Of a stretch of DNA of 64,000 nucleotides, positions 1 through 12,093 are shown in pieces. Made by a program: the position numbers and the translations under genes. The stretch covers positions 896,001 through 960,000 of the forward strand of contig CAVZSQ010000022.1 in assembly GCA_963777955.1 (NCBI GenBank). The letters run 5' to 3'. Within the stretch, counting starts at the first letter, position 1. Every line of letters starts with the position of its first letter. Below the pieces are notes generated by a model. The model made no database searches. It had not been told where the DNA came from and saw nothing but the letters and a program-made list of their open reading frames with translations. This stretch comes from Calditrichia bacterium (GTDB taxonomy: Bacteria; Calditrichota; Calditrichia; JAJRVZ01).

Positions 1-2664
1 GCCACCTTGCCCGTTTATTTGAACGCCCTGGAAGGCCAGGGGGTGCACCTGGTCACCGTCAATGATTACCTGGCTCAGCGCGATGCCGAGTGGATGGGCG
101 AAGTTTACCGGTATCTGGGCCTGTCGGTCGGTGTGATATTGAATGAAATGACGCCGGAGCAGCGACGGGAAGCCTATAATGCCGACATTACCTATGGAAC
201 CAACAATGAATTCGGTTTTGATTATCTGCGCGATAATATGGCCGGATCCGTTGATGATATCGTACAGGTGCGGGGACATCATTATGCGATCGTCGATGAG
301 GTCGACAACATCCTGGTTGACGAAGCGCGTACGCCATTGATCATTTCCGGACCGGTCAGCGTGTCTACGCAGCGCTTCGGCGAAATGAAACCACCGGTGG
401 AAAAACTGGTAGCCAGACAAATAAAATTCGTCACGCAACTGATCTCCGAAGGTGAGGAACTGCTGGCCAAGGGAGAAACTTTTGCCGCCGGTGAAAAATT
501 TTTTATTGCCGAAAAAGGAGCTCCCAAGCATAAAAGGCTGTTAAAAATATATCAGGATCCATCCAATAAAAAACTGGTACAGGAAGTCGAAAATGCTTAC
601 CTGCGGGACAAGGGGCAGAATAAAACCTCCGACGAACACTACTTTGGCGAATTGTATTATACCGTAGATGAAAAGAACCATGTACTTGATTTAACCGAGA
701 AAGGCCGCACCGATCTTTCGCCGCAGGAACCGGAAATGTTTTTGATCCCCGATCTCGGTGAGGAAATTGCCAAAATCGAACATGATCCCGCTCTGAGCGA
801 ACAGCAAAAATTCGAGAAAAAGACGAATATCCAGCAGGTCTTCGCCGATCGCAGCGAAAAATTGCAGAATATATCACAGTTGCTGCGGGCCTATACCCTT
901 TATGAAAAAGATGTGGAATATGTTGTCACCGACGGTAAGGTGCTGATCGTCGATGAATTCACCGGCCGGATTTTGCATGGCCGCCGCTACAGCGATGGTC
1001 TGCATCAGGCGATTGAAGCCAAGGAAAACGTAAAGATTGAGCGGGAAACTCAGACTCTGGCTACCATCACCTTGCAGAATTATTTCCGCATGTATAAAAA
1101 ATTGGCCGGTATGACCGGAACCGCCGAAACCGAAGCTTCTGAATTCTGGGATATTTATAAACTGGATGTGGTGGTAATTCCGACCAACGAAGCGGTGCGC
1201 CGGATCGATTATAATGATTTGATCTACCGTACCAAGCGGGAAAAGTATAATGCAGTGATCGATGAAATCGAACGCATGAATAAGGTCGAACGACCGGTGC
1301 TGGTGGGCACCATATCGGTTGAGGTTTCGGAAACATTGAGCCGCATGCTGAAACGCAAAGGGATCAAGCATAATGTGCTCAATGCCAAGTACCATAAACA
1401 GGAAGCAGAAATTGTCCGCTTTGCCGGACAACCCGGTGCCGTGACTATCGCCACCAATATGGCCGGCCGTGGCACCGATATCAAACTGGCCCGGCAGGTG
1501 GTCTATTGTCAGAGAGGCTGTTTTCTGCTGCGGGAGGACGGCGTCTCGCCCCCGGCGGATATTGATCTGAAGCAGTGCGAAGCAAATATGCCCTGCGGCC
1601 TGCATATTATCGGTACTGAACGGCATGAGGCGCGGCGTATCGACCGGCAATTGCGCGGACGGTCGGGACGGCAGGGTGATCCGGGATCCTCAAGGTTTTT
1701 TCTGTGCCTGGAAGATGACCTGATGCGCTTATTCGGTTCGGAACGCATAGCTGCGATTATGAATCGTCTGGGTGCCCAGGAAGGGGAGATGATCGTTCAT
1801 CCGCTGATCACCCGTTCCATCGAAAAAGCACAAAAACGGGTGGAGGAGCAGAATTTTGCCATTCGTAAACGCCTGCTGGAATATGATAATGTCATGAATC
1901 AACAACGCGAGATCATCTATCACCGCCGCTCAGTCGCTCTGCGGGGTGAAGATCCCAAACAGAATCTGCTGCAGTTACTGGATGATTTTATACATAACCG
2001 GGTCGATGAATTTATCGATCCCAGAGCACACGCGGAAGACTGGCATATCGATGGTTTTCTGGAATCGATCAGCGCTGTCATACCGGTCGATGCAAAAAAA
2101 ATCAAATCGGAATTGTATTCTCTGGACCGCGAGCAACTGGCCGAAGAGATTAAAAATAGCGCAATGAATTTCTATAATATAAAAGAAAGCCGTATCGGTT
2201 CCGAAAGAATGCGCGTTTTTGAGCGATTCCTGCTTCTGCGGGTAATCGATGATGAATGGAAAGATCATCTGTACGAAATGGATATGATGAAAGAAGGTAT
2301 CCATTTACGGGCTTATGGACAAAAAGATCCCTTGATTGAATACAAACGCGAAGCTTATCTGATGTTTGAAAGCCTGATTGACCGGATCAACGAAAATACT
2401 TTAAATATATTGTGGAAATTTCAGGTAGCCGAAGAACAACCGGCCCAGCCGCATCGTTTAACCACACTGCCACTGCGCACAGTGCATCAGAGTGCGGTAA
2501 ATATGGGTTTTGACAACGCTGAAGAATCGGATATCCAGAAAGCCTCGCACGAAAGATCACAAAAAATGCAGCCGGTCAAGGTCGGGCAGAAGGTAGGCCG
2601 TAACGATCCCTGTCCCTGCGGCAGCGGTAAAAAATATAAGAAATGCCACGGAGCACTTGCTTAA
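1..2664 (+). CDS. secA: Preprotein translocase ATPase SecA (5' end outside the window)
   Basis: Motifs [47 protein letters not shown], and C-terminal SEC-C zinc motif [19 protein letters not shown]. Confidence 0.99.
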   Translation, partial: ATLPVYLNALEGQGVHLVTVNDYLAQRDAEWMGEVYRYLGLSVGVILNEMTPEQRREAYNADITYGTNNEFGFDYLRDNMAGSVDDIVQVRGHHYAIVDEVDNILVDEARTPLIISGPVSVSTQRFGEMKPPVEKLVARQIKFVTQLISEGEELLAKGETFAAGEKFFIAEKGAPKHKRLLKIYQDPSNKKLVQEVENAYLRDKGQNKTSDEHYFGELYYTVDEKNHVLDLTEKGRTDLSPQEPEMFLIPDLGEEIAKIEHDPALSEQQKFEKKTNIQQVFADRSEKLQNISQLLRAYTLYEKDVEYVVTDGKVLIVDEFTGRILHGRRYSDGLHQAIEAKENVKIERETQTLATITLQNYFRMYKKLAGMTGTAETEASEFWDIYKLDVVVIPTNEAVRRIDYNDLIYRTKREKYNAVIDEIERMNKVERPVLVGTISVEVSETLSRMLKRKGIKHNVLNAKYHKQEAEIVRFAGQPGAVTIATNMAGRGTDIKLARQVVYCQRGCFLLREDGVSPPADIDLKQCEANMPCGLHIIGTERHEARRIDRQLRGRSGRQGDPGSSRFFLCLEDDLMRLFGSERIAAIMNRLGAQEGEMIVHPLITRSIEKAQKRVEEQNFAIRKRLLEYDNVMNQQREIIYHRRSVALRGEDPKQNLLQLLDDFIHNRVDEFIDPRAHAEDWHIDGFLESISAVIPVDAKKIKSELYSLDREQLAEEIKNSAMNFYNIKESRIGSERMRVFERFLLLRVIDDEWKDHLYEMDMMKEGIHLRAYGQKDPLIEYKREAYLMFESLIDRINENTLNILWKFQVAEEQPAQPHRLTTLPLRTVHQSAVNMGFDNAEESDIQKASHERSQKMQPVKVGQKVGRNDPCPCGSGKKYKKCHGALA

Positions 2665-2693
2665 GCCAAGCGCTGATTATTTCTTGAACTTGC

Positions 2694-3503
2694 TTAATAA
2701 CTTTGCGTACTATCCGAATAAACCGGTTTTTCCAGGTCTTCCGGGAGGGCCTTAATCTGAGTACTGTCGGATACGGACGGAGCAATTATATCTTTCAATT
2801 GCTCATCGCCGCTTGTGTCGGGCTGAGTGCCGCTGGTTTGTCCGGAGGCGCCGCTGATCGGCTTGGGTAAGGCCAGTTCCTCGGTATTAGTCGGATCAAG
2901 CAATTTGGTTTTGGCCAGAATACTATAGGGTGATTCAGGGTAAATATCGATTATCTGCTGATAAGCGTTTTTAGCCATATCCAGGGCGTTGATTTTGGCG
3001 TTTAACAGGCCGATACGGTAAAGCGCCGCGGCTTTAGCAGTCCGGTCTTGACTGTTAGGATAGGAAACAGCCCTGCGATAATATTTTACCGCCTGTTCCA
3101 GGTCCAGGGTATCACTGGTGACATTTCCCGGATTCCAGCGGGCCGCATGTTCGTAGAATTCACCGATTTGAATATAAACCTGGGGGATACGTTCGGGAAT
3201 AATATTCTCTTTCAGTACACGCAATAAGAGATCCATCTGCTCTTCAAACTTTTCCTGGGAGCCCAGGGTCCGGGCCATCAATAGTTGCGTATCAATATGC
3301 AGATCGGTGGTCGGAAAATTGTCCAGGATGTATTGGCAATACTGCATGGTCTGATCATATTCTTGTTGCTGATAGAGTTTTTCCGCTTTTTCCAGCATTA
3401 AATTTGCGTCATCCCCTTCAGCCACCACCCCTTTTTTACCGCCGCAGGCAAAAAACATCAAAATCGCCAGAATTATCAAACCTCTGCTGATGATTGTAAG
3501 CAT
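2694..3503 (-). CDS. TPR-repeat lipoprotein (BamD/CpoB-like)
   Basis: Hydrophobic leader ending in lipobox-like FFAC; TPR-like helices (A..AY..II..YP.S); GGAGG RBS before ATG at 3503. Confidence 0.7.
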   Translation of the reverse strand: MLTIISRGLIILAILMFFACGGKKGVVAEGDDANLMLEKAEKLYQQQEYDQTMQYCQYILDNFPTTDLHIDTQLLMARTLGSQEKFEEQMDLLLRVLKENIIPERIPQVYIQIGEFYEHAARWNPGNVTSDTLDLEQAVKYYRRAVSYPNSQDRTAKAAALYRIGLLNAKINALDMAKNAYQQIIDIYPESPYSILAKTKLLDPTNTEELALPKPISGASGQTSGTQPDTSGDEQLKDIIAPSVSDSTQIKALPEDLEKPVYSDSTQSY

Positions 3504-3630
3504 ACGAACTACCTCCATTGGGAGTTTTATTCACATTTTTGTAATATACGATTTTTGCACGTATAAGTACAATATGTAATATACATACAAAATATAATTG
3601 CCGGTGGATAAAAATGTATTACAACCAGAC

Positions 3631-3659
3631 TTGACAAAAAAAATGCTATTCAGTAAATT
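3631..3659 (+). promoter_or_regulatory. Sigma70-type promoter for gap operon
   Basis: TTGACA-N17-TAAATT upstream of gap. Confidence 0.6.
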
Positions 3660-3689
3660 TTGAACTTATTTCAAATCTAGACAAATTAA

Positions 3690-4715
<1,026 letters not shown>

Positions 4716-4732
4716 TAAATAAATCAGGCAAC

Positions 4733-4759
4733 GGGACTGTCTGCGGCAGTCCTTTTTTT
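4733..4759 (+). terminator. Intrinsic terminator/attenuator between gap and pgk
   Basis: GGACTG...CAGTCC stem followed by a T-tract. Confidence 0.7.
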
Positions 4760-4774
4760 ACGGAGAATATAGTT

Positions 4775-5971
4775 ATGGCTAAAAAAACAATTGACGATGC
4801 AGTATTAAAAAATAAGAAAGTACTGATGCGTTGTGATTTCAATGTTCCGCTTAATGAAAAACTGGAAATTACCGATGACCGGCGCATCACGGAATCTTTG
4901 CCTTCCATTAAAAAAATACTGAATGAAAAAGCCGCATTGATTCTTTGTTCTCATCTGGGCCGGCCCAAAGGCGGACCGGCGCCTGAATTCAGTTTAAAGC
5001 CGGTGGCCAGGCGCCTGGGAGAGTTGCTGGCACAACCCGTAAAAATGGCAACCGACTGCATTGGGGCCGAGGTCGAGCAATTAAAAAAAGATCTTCGACC
5101 GGGTGAAGTATTGCTGCTGGAAAATTTGCGTTTTCATAAAGAAGAAGAAAAAAATGAACCTGCTTTCGCCAAGGCACTGGCCCAGGGTTGCGATTTGTTC
5201 GTAAACGATGCATTCGGTACAGCGCACCGTGCTCATGCTTCAACGGAAGGTGTGACCCACTATTTCAAAGAGAACGTAGCCGGTTATCTGATCCAGAAAG
5301 AATTAAAATACCTGGATGAAGCGGTTAATAAACCAAAACGTCCCCTGCTGGCTGTCCTGGGCGGAGCAAAAATATCGGGTAAGATCGATGTCATCAAGAA
5401 TCTATTTGCAAAAGTAGATGGAATTCTGCTTGGCGGCGGCATGATTTTTACCTTTTACAAAGCTCAGGGACTGGAGATAGGCAAATCTTTGCTGGAAGAG
5501 GACCGCATTGAAATGGCCAAGGCCATTCTGGCCGAAGCCAAACAAAAGAAAATTGCCCTGTATTTGCCGCAGGACGTGGTGATCGCCGATGCCTTTGATA
5601 ATAACGCCCGGCGTAAAACCGTGGCCGTTGAGCAGATCGAACCGGGCTGGATGGGTCTGGATATCGGACCGCTTACCATTGATGTCTTTGTAAAACAGAT
5701 ACAACAGGCTAAAACCATCGTCTGGAATGGACCGATGGGCGCATTCGAAATGCCCAATTTTGCGAATGGTACTAAAAAGATTGCCCAGGCTTTGGCCGAT
5801 GCCACCGGCCGTGGTGCGGTTACGGTGGTCGGTGGCGGTGATTCTGCTGCCGCGGTCAGCGATTTTGGCCTGGATAAGAACATTACCCATATTTCCACCG
5901 GCGGCGGCGCTTCATTGGAATTCCTGGAAGGAAAAGTATTACCCGGTATCGCAGCCCTGTCCGAGAAGTAA
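4775..5971 (+). CDS. pgk: Phosphoglycerate kinase
   Basis: [47 protein letters not shown]. Confidence 0.99.
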   Translation: MAKKTIDDAVLKNKKVLMRCDFNVPLNEKLEITDDRRITESLPSIKKILNEKAALILCSHLGRPKGGPAPEFSLKPVARRLGELLAQPVKMATDCIGAEVEQLKKDLRPGEVLLLENLRFHKEEEKNEPAFAKALAQGCDLFVNDAFGTAHRAHASTEGVTHYFKENVAGYLIQKELKYLDEAVNKPKRPLLAVLGGAKISGKIDVIKNLFAKVDGILLGGGMIFTFYKAQGLEIGKSLLEEDRIEMAKAILAEAKQKKIALYLPQDVVIADAFDNNARRKTVAVEQIEPGWMGLDIGPLTIDVFVKQIQQAKTIVWNGPMGAFEMPNFANGTKKIAQALADATGRGAVTVVGGGDSAAAVSDFGLDKNITHISTGGGASLEFLEGKVLPGIAALSEK

Positions 5972-6007
5972 TACATTTTTGATTTTAACGGATTGATCAT
6001 GCGATCA

Positions 6008-6075
6008 TGTCATTCTGACGAGCGGAGAGAGAAAAATCTTTGCCAGGAGAAAAGATTCGTCACCATCAGATGGCA
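6008..6075. repeat. Degenerate GTCAT-type REP-like palindrome
   Basis: TGTCATTCTGA...AATCT...AGATT...TCAGATGGCA inverted arrangement between pgk and tpiA. Confidence 0.45.
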
Positions 6076-6117
6076 GTATGGTAAATATTTGAATCAAAGA
6101 TCAAAGAGGAAGGTAAC

Positions 6118-6883
6118 ATGAGAAAAAAGATTATTGCCGGCAATTGGAAGATGTACAAGACCAATGAAGAAGCCAAACAACTGATATCAGCTTTGAAATT
6201 AAACAGCGCGGTAATTAAAAAGACAAAAGTAGTAGTGTGTCCTCCCGCCACGGCCCTGGTGGAAGTATCAAATTTATTGAAAGGGACTCCGATTGCCCTG
6301 GGCGCCCAGAATATTCACTGGGAAAAAGAGGGGGCCTTTACCGGTGAAATCTCCGCGGGCATGATCAAATCGGCAGGCGCAGCTTATGTGATTCTCGGCC
6401 ATTCTGAACGCCGGCAATATTTTGGCGAGACCGATGATAAGGTCCGGCGAAAAATTGTAGCCGCCCTGGGACAGGGCTTAACTCCCATCGTCTGCGTCGG
6501 GGAAACACTGGAACAGCGTGAAAAGGGGATCACCAAGGAGATAGTTGCTCAACAGACTTGACCAGGGACTTTCCGGATTGACTGCGGCCCAGGTGAATCG
6601 TCTGGTTTTTGCTTATGAACCGGTCTGGGCAATCGGTACCGGTAAAAATGCCACACCGGACCAGGCTCAGGAGGTGCATGAATTCATTCGCGGCCGCCTG
6701 ACTTCGCTGTATGACCAGGGCACTGCCCAGGCAATAACTATTCAGTACGGTGGGAGTGTTAAACCTAATAACGCCCTGGATCTGTTGAAACAAGCGGATA
6801 TTGACGGAGCACTGGTCGGCGGTGCCTGCCTGCAGGCAGATTCATTCCTGGAAATCATCAAAGCAGCGGAAAGCACCAGTTGA
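6118..6883 (+). CDS. tpiA: Triosephosphate isomerase (one frameshift near 6556, probably a sequence error)
   Basis: AGNWKM and LGHSERR in the first frame; [11 protein letters not shown] and YGGSV in the second frame. Confidence 0.97.
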
Positions 6884-6914
6884 TCGTGATCCCGGCCAGA
6901 TAACTAAAAAACAG

Positions 6915-6943
6915 TTGAAAAATCATATCCTGCTTAGTAATTT
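6915..6943 (+). promoter_or_regulatory. Putative sigma70 promoter for secG-tRNA
   Basis: TTGAAA-N17-TAATTT. Confidence 0.45.
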
Positions 6944-6970
6944 AACAGGCTTTAACTTAAAGGAGTATGA

Positions 6971-7318
6971 ATGGTCACGTTTCTGGTTATTTTATTCATT
7001 TTAACCTGTTTTTTGATGATTGTGGTGATCCTGTTACAGGCGGGAAAAGGCCGGGGTCTGGCAGGTACGTTCGGTGGAATGGGTTCCAGTGCCGTTTTTG
7101 GCGGAAGAGGGGCAGCAACCTTCTTAAGTAAAACGACGGCCATACTGGCGTTTGTATATATGTCGTTATGCCTGGTGATCGGATATTTTTATAAACAAGA
7201 AAGCGAAGTTCAACGACAGAGTATCATCCAACAACAAGCCACGGAACAGCCAAGTTTGCCGGCGACGGATGTGCCGATGGCACCGCTTCAATCGGCGCCC
7301 GGTGATTCTGTTCGCTAA
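6971..7318 (+). CDS. secG: Preprotein translocase subunit SecG
   Basis: Two TM segments, ILLQ..KG.GL...FGG motif, classic tpiA-secG-tRNA-Leu synteny. Confidence 0.95.
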   Translation: MVTFLVILFILTCFLMIVVILLQAGKGRGLAGTFGGMGSSAVFGGRGAATFLSKTTAILAFVYMSLCLVIGYFYKQESEVQRQSIIQQQATEQPSLPATDVPMAPLQSAPGDSVR

Positions 7319-7320
7319 AG

Positions 7321-7405
7321 GCTGGAGTGGTGGAATTTGGTAGACACACTATCTTGAGGGGGTAGCGCTCAACCGAGCATGCGGGTTCAAGTCCCGCCTC
7401 CAGCA
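7321..7405 (+). tRNA. tRNA-Leu (anticodon GAG), CCA not encoded
   Basis: Acceptor GCTGGAG/CTCCAGC, anticodon arm CTATC-TTGAGGG-GGTAG, long variable arm, T-loop GGTTCAAGTCC. Confidence 0.96.
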
Positions 7406-7415
7406 CTTAAAATAC

Positions 7416-7441
7416 AAGGGACATCTGCATGTCCCTTTTTT
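7416..7441 (+). terminator. Intrinsic terminator after tRNA-Leu
   Basis: AAGGGACAT-CTGC-ATGTCCCTT followed by T-tract. Confidence 0.8.
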
Positions 7442-7523
7442 ATTAATCAGCAGAATATGAAAAATATATTGAACAAAATTTTACAGAATGCGTTATAATC
7501 AACAATAAAAAGGAGTATAAACA

Positions 7524-8210
7524 ATGCCTTTTCAATTCAATGATCCGACTTTCCTGTTATTGATCCCGGCTTTTTTGCTGGCTTTATATGCTCAATGGAA
7601 GGTCTCCAGTGCTTATGCAAAGTATAGTAAAATTGCCTCGATACAGGGGGTGACCGGTTACAAGGCAGCCGAATTCTTATTGCGCAGTAATGGCATCTCC
7701 GATGTTGGAATAGAAACTGTAGCCGGTAAACTGACGGATCATTATGATCCGCGGGCTAAGAAGCTGCGCCTCTCAGAAGAGAATTATAACAGCCGTTCCC
7801 TGGCCGCTCTGGCTGTGGCTGCTCATGAAGTCGGACATGTGGTCCAGCATCATAAGGATTATATCCCGCTGAAGTTGCGGAATTCGATCCTGCCGGCGAC
7901 CAATATCGGCTCCTGGGCCGCTTTCCCGTTATTTCTGCTGGGCCTGTTTTTAAATACGCCCCTGCTTATGGATCTGGGCATTATCTTATTTGCCGGTGTG
8001 GTTATTTTCCATTTTGTTACCTTGCCGGTCGAGTATAATGCCAGCAACCGGGCTTTGAACATGCTGGGTGATAATGGCATGCTGGTGCAGGAAGAGACCG
8101 CTGGTGCACGCAAAGTTTTAAACGCTGCGGCGTTAACTTATGTAGCCGCCACGGCCATGGCTATGATTCATCTGCTGCGCCTGGTTTTGCTAAGAAGTTC
8201 TCGCGATTAA
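7524..8210 (+). CDS. Membrane zinc metallopeptidase (YugP/Zn_peptidase_2 family)
   Basis: LTDHYDPR, AAHEVGH (HExxH), LPVEYNAS.RA, AAALTYVAA. Confidence 0.9.
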   Translation: MPFQFNDPTFLLLIPAFLLALYAQWKVSSAYAKYSKIASIQGVTGYKAAEFLLRSNGISDVGIETVAGKLTDHYDPRAKKLRLSEENYNSRSLAALAVAAHEVGHVVQHHKDYIPLKLRNSILPATNIGSWAAFPLFLLGLFLNTPLLMDLGIILFAGVVIFHFVTLPVEYNASNRALNMLGDNGMLVQEETAGARKVLNAAALTYVAATAMAMIHLLRLVLLRSSRD

Positions 8211-8230
8211 AAAACAAAGGAGAGTAAAAT

Positions 8231-9790
8231 ATGTCAAAATTTAAATTCAGCTGGCCCGCTGTGCTGGGATTCATCGCCATGGGAGTTCTGGTCGGCGTGC
8301 TGCTGACTTTCGGCCTGAATCTTGATAGTAAAAGTCATGCGCTTGGTGGCAAAGGCTCGGGAACAATTTATGTCGAAAATACAGCGCTGCAAACCGGTAC
8401 TGGAGACGATCAAACGGCAACAGTCAAGGACTTTAATCCCAATACTGCTTTTGTCGAAGTAGTTAAAAAAGTCCGGCCGTCGATTGTCACCATCTATACT
8501 ACCAAAAATATCAAAGTACCGGCTAATCCCTGGCATCGCTTTTTCCGGGAGTTCGGATTCGAAAATGAGCAGCAGGATCAGCAGGGAGCAGAAGAACAGG
8601 AGTATCAGCAAGGCGGGCTGGGCTCCGGTATCATCATCAGTAAAGACGGCTATATCCTGACCAATACTCATGTGATCAAAGATGTGGATGAACTCACCGT
8701 CCGCCTGGTTGATGAAGAAGAATATAAAGCTAAAGTGATCGGTACCGATCCGACTACGGATGTGGCTCTGATAAAAATAGAGGCCAAAGATCTGCCCATT
8801 GCCATTCTGGGTAATTCCGACCAGTTACAGGTTGGTGAATGGGTTTTAGCGATCGGCAGTCCGCTGGAATTAAATTTTACGGTTACAGCGGGAATTGTCA
8901 GCGCGCTGGGACGGGATATAAATATTATTCAGGATCGTCAGGGATTGAGTATCGAGAATTTTATACAGACCGATGCGGCCATAAATCCCGGCAACAGCGG
9001 TGGCGCCCTGATTAATATTCGCGGAGAGGTGATAGGTGTCAATTCAGCCATAGCTACTCCGACCGGAACTTATATCGGTTATGGCTTTGCCATCCCGGTC
9101 AACCTGGCCAAGACCGTAGTTGATGATTTTATTAAATACGGAGAAGTGCGCCGCGGCTATATTGGAGTGAGCATCAGGCCGATGACCCCGGTAATTGCCA
9201 AAGGGGTTGGTCTGGAGAAACCCAGGGGAGTTTTTGTCAATGATGTCTTAAAAGGGCAGGCTGCCGATAAAGCGGGTATCAAAGCCGGGGATGTTATCCT
9301 GGAAGTGAACGGTGTCGTAATGAATCAACCGAACCAGGTGCAGGCCAAGATTGGTTCCTATGATCCCGGTGATAAGGTCGATGTACTCATCTGGCGTGAC
9401 GGTAAACAGAAGACATATCAACTGGTACTGCAAAGCCGCGAAGGCGATGCAGCTCCAGTTGCGGGCAAACGTGAACAGAAAGAAAGCAAGATCGAGAATT
9501 TAGGAATGCGGGTCAAGGACCTGACCGCGAGCGAGTTAAAAAATCTGGATCTGGAATCCGGAGTGTTATTGCAGTCGATTCAAAATAATAGTCCGGCTTA
9601 TAAAGAAGGGCTGCGCGGGGGTGATGTGATTTATAAGATTGATGGTAAAGCGGTAGAATCGGTTTCGATGTTTACCAAATATCTTGATTCGCTGAATGTA
9701 GGCGATATAGTTAAAATTCAGATCCGTCGCCGGGATAACCAGGGTCAGAATTTTGACAGCCTGATCTTTGTGCAAATACCGGAGAAATAA
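8231..9790 (+). CDS. degP: HtrA/DegP/DegQ serine endoprotease with two PDZ domains
   Basis: GSGIII...LTNTHV, TDVALIK, IQTDAAINPGNSGG, two PDZ-like repeats. Confidence 0.93.
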   Translation: MSKFKFSWPAVLGFIAMGVLVGVLLTFGLNLDSKSHALGGKGSGTIYVENTALQTGTGDDQTATVKDFNPNTAFVEVVKKVRPSIVTIYTTKNIKVPANPWHRFFREFGFENEQQDQQGAEEQEYQQGGLGSGIIISKDGYILTNTHVIKDVDELTVRLVDEEEYKAKVIGTDPTTDVALIKIEAKDLPIAILGNSDQLQVGEWVLAIGSPLELNFTVTAGIVSALGRDINIIQDRQGLSIENFIQTDAAINPGNSGGALINIRGEVIGVNSAIATPTGTYIGYGFAIPVNLAKTVVDDFIKYGEVRRGYIGVSIRPMTPVIAKGVGLEKPRGVFVNDVLKGQAADKAGIKAGDVILEVNGVVMNQPNQVQAKIGSYDPGDKVDVLIWRDGKQKTYQLVLQSREGDAAPVAGKREQKESKIENLGMRVKDLTASELKNLDLESGVLLQSIQNNSPAYKEGLRGGDVIYKIDGKAVESVSMFTKYLDSLNVGDIVKIQIRRRDNQGQNFDSLIFVQIPEK

Positions 9791-9811
9791 ATAACTGATA
9801 AATAAACATTC

Positions 9812-9838
9812 AAAAATCCGGCTCCAGCCGGATTTTTT
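9812..9838 (+). terminator. Intrinsic terminator after degP
   Basis: AAAAATCCGGCT-CC-AGCCGGATTTTTT. Confidence 0.8.
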
Positions 9839-10012
9839 ATTTATGCCAATTATGCATGCATATGACATATTGGCTTAATGTTTAAATATTTCAATTATTT
9901 TATAATCTCATTAAAAACAATATATTAGAAGGATTGCAGATTTTGGCATGAACTTTGACTCATAATGATAGGTTTATAATATATTTTTCTGATGAAAGCA
10001 GGAGGAAATAAG

Positions 10013-11951
10013 ATGAGTAAAATAATTGGAATCGATCTTGGAACCACAAATTCTGTCGTGGCAGTGATGGAAGGAGGGGAAGTTGTGGTAATTCCCAACT
10101 CCGAGGGACAGCGCACCACCCCATCAGTGGTTGCTTTTACCAAGAAAGGGGAACGCCTGGTAGGTGCTCCGGCCAAACGTCAGGCAGTTACCAATCCTGA
10201 AAATACCGTCTATTCGATAAAACGTTTTATGGGTCGATTTTATAATGAAGTCGGACAGGAGATGAAGGAAGTTCCCTATAAAGTCAAGTCCGGTAATAAT
10301 AACGTGGTCGTGGTAGCAGCCGGGGATAAGGATTATACGCCCCCGGAAATCTCGGCAATGATCCTGCAAAAAATGAGACAAACTGCCGAAGATTACCTGG
10401 GTCAGAAACTGACTGATGCTGTGATCACAGTACCGGCCTATTTTAATGATGCTCAGCGGCAGGCTACCAAAGATGCCGGAACCATTGCCGGTCTGACTGT
10501 CAAACGTATTATCAATGAACCGACAGCCGCAGCACTGGCTTATGGAATGGATAAGAAAAAAGATGAGAAAATTGCAGTATATGACCTGGGCGGCGGAACA
10601 TTCGATATTTCCATCCTGGATATCGGCGACGGTGTGGTTGAGGTAAAATCCACCAATGGTGACACACACCTTGGCGGTGATGATTTTGATCAGCGGATAA
10701 TCGATTGGGTGGTTGCTGAATTCAAAAAAGAAAAAGGGGTCGACCTTAAAAAAGATCCGATGGCCTTGCAGCGGATCAAAGAAGCAGCCGAGAAAGCCAA
10801 AATCGAGTTATCAAGTTCAACGCAAACCGAGATCAATCTGCCGTTTATTACCGCCACCGAAGCGGGACCGCAGCATCTGAATTATACCCTGACCCGGGCA
10901 AAATTTGAACAATTGATCGAAGATCTGGCTCAGAAAACAGTTGAACCGTGCCGCAAAGCCCTGCAGGATGCCAATCTCAACCCGGCCCAGATCGATGAAG
11001 TGGTGCTGGTCGGTGGTTCAACCCGGATTCCCTACATTCAACAGATAGTAAAAAATTTCTTCAATAAAGAACCGCACAAGGGTGTTAATCCGGATGAAGT
11101 GGTAGCCATGGGTGCAGCAATTCAGGGTGCCGTTTTAACCGGTGAAGTGCGTGATGTCCTTTTGCTGGACGTTATCCCGCTGTCGCTGGGAATCGAGACG
11201 CTGGGTGGAGTGATGACCCGTTTAATCGATGCCAATACTACCATTCCGACCAAGAAATCGGAAATATTTTCAACTGCAGCTGACAGCCAGACTTCAGTGG
11301 AAATTCATGTACTGCAGGGTGAACGGGCCATGGCTTCCGATAACCGGACCCTGGGGCGATTTATATCTGGATGGTATTCCGCCGGCCCCGCGCGGTATCC
11401 CCCAGATCGAGGTTACCTTCGATGTGGATGCCAACGGTATTTTGAATGTGCATGCCCGCGATAAAGCAACCAGCAAAGAACAGAGTATCCGTATCGAAGC
11501 CTCCAGCGGCCTGAACGAACAGGAAGTGGAACGCATGCGCAAGGAAGCCACGGCGCATTCAGCCGAAGATAGCAAGCGCCGCGAGGAAATAAATATACAC
11601 AACCAGGCCGATACTACGGTTTATCAGACCGAGAAACAGATGAAGGAAATGGCCGACAAAATAGATGCGGACAATAAAGTTAAACTGGAAACCGCCCTGG
11701 GCCGGCTTAAAGAGGCGCAAAAAAGTAATAACCTCAATGAAATAAAATCGGCCCTGGAACAATTGAACAAAGAGTGGAATGACGCGGCTACAAAAATGTA
11801 TTCGCGGGGCGGCGGAACGGGTGCACAGCAGGGCGCCGATCAGCAACCGCACACCGCAGAACCAGGCAACCCTTCGGCCGGAAACGGAAAAGGAAAAGTG
11901 CAGGATGCTGATTTTGAAGTTGTGGATGATAAGGATAGTACCAAGAATTAA
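10013..11951 (+). CDS. dnaK: Chaperone DnaK (frameshift near 11365, probably a sequence error)
   Basis: [31 protein letters not shown]; continues [10 protein letters not shown]...DADFEVVD in the next frame. Confidence 0.98.
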
Positions 11952-12002
11952 TTAATGCGGAACACGAATAATCCGGAGAGGTCTTTTAAACATATTTGCG
12001 GT

Positions 12003-12027
12003 TAAAGGGGATGAAACATCCCCTTTA
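12003..12027 (+). terminator. Intrinsic terminator after dnaK
   Basis: TAAAGGGGATG-AAA-CATCCCCTTTA followed by T-rich sequence. Confidence 0.75.
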
Positions 12028-12093
12028 TATTTTTATTAATAAAAACCGTAGCAGCGGCTGAAAGATATCACGATCTTATTTCGTTATAACAGG

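Noticed and set aside
7321..7441. tRNA-Leu as an integration site for an island
   Set aside because: No duplicated tRNA 3' end or integrase seen; flanking genes are housekeeping
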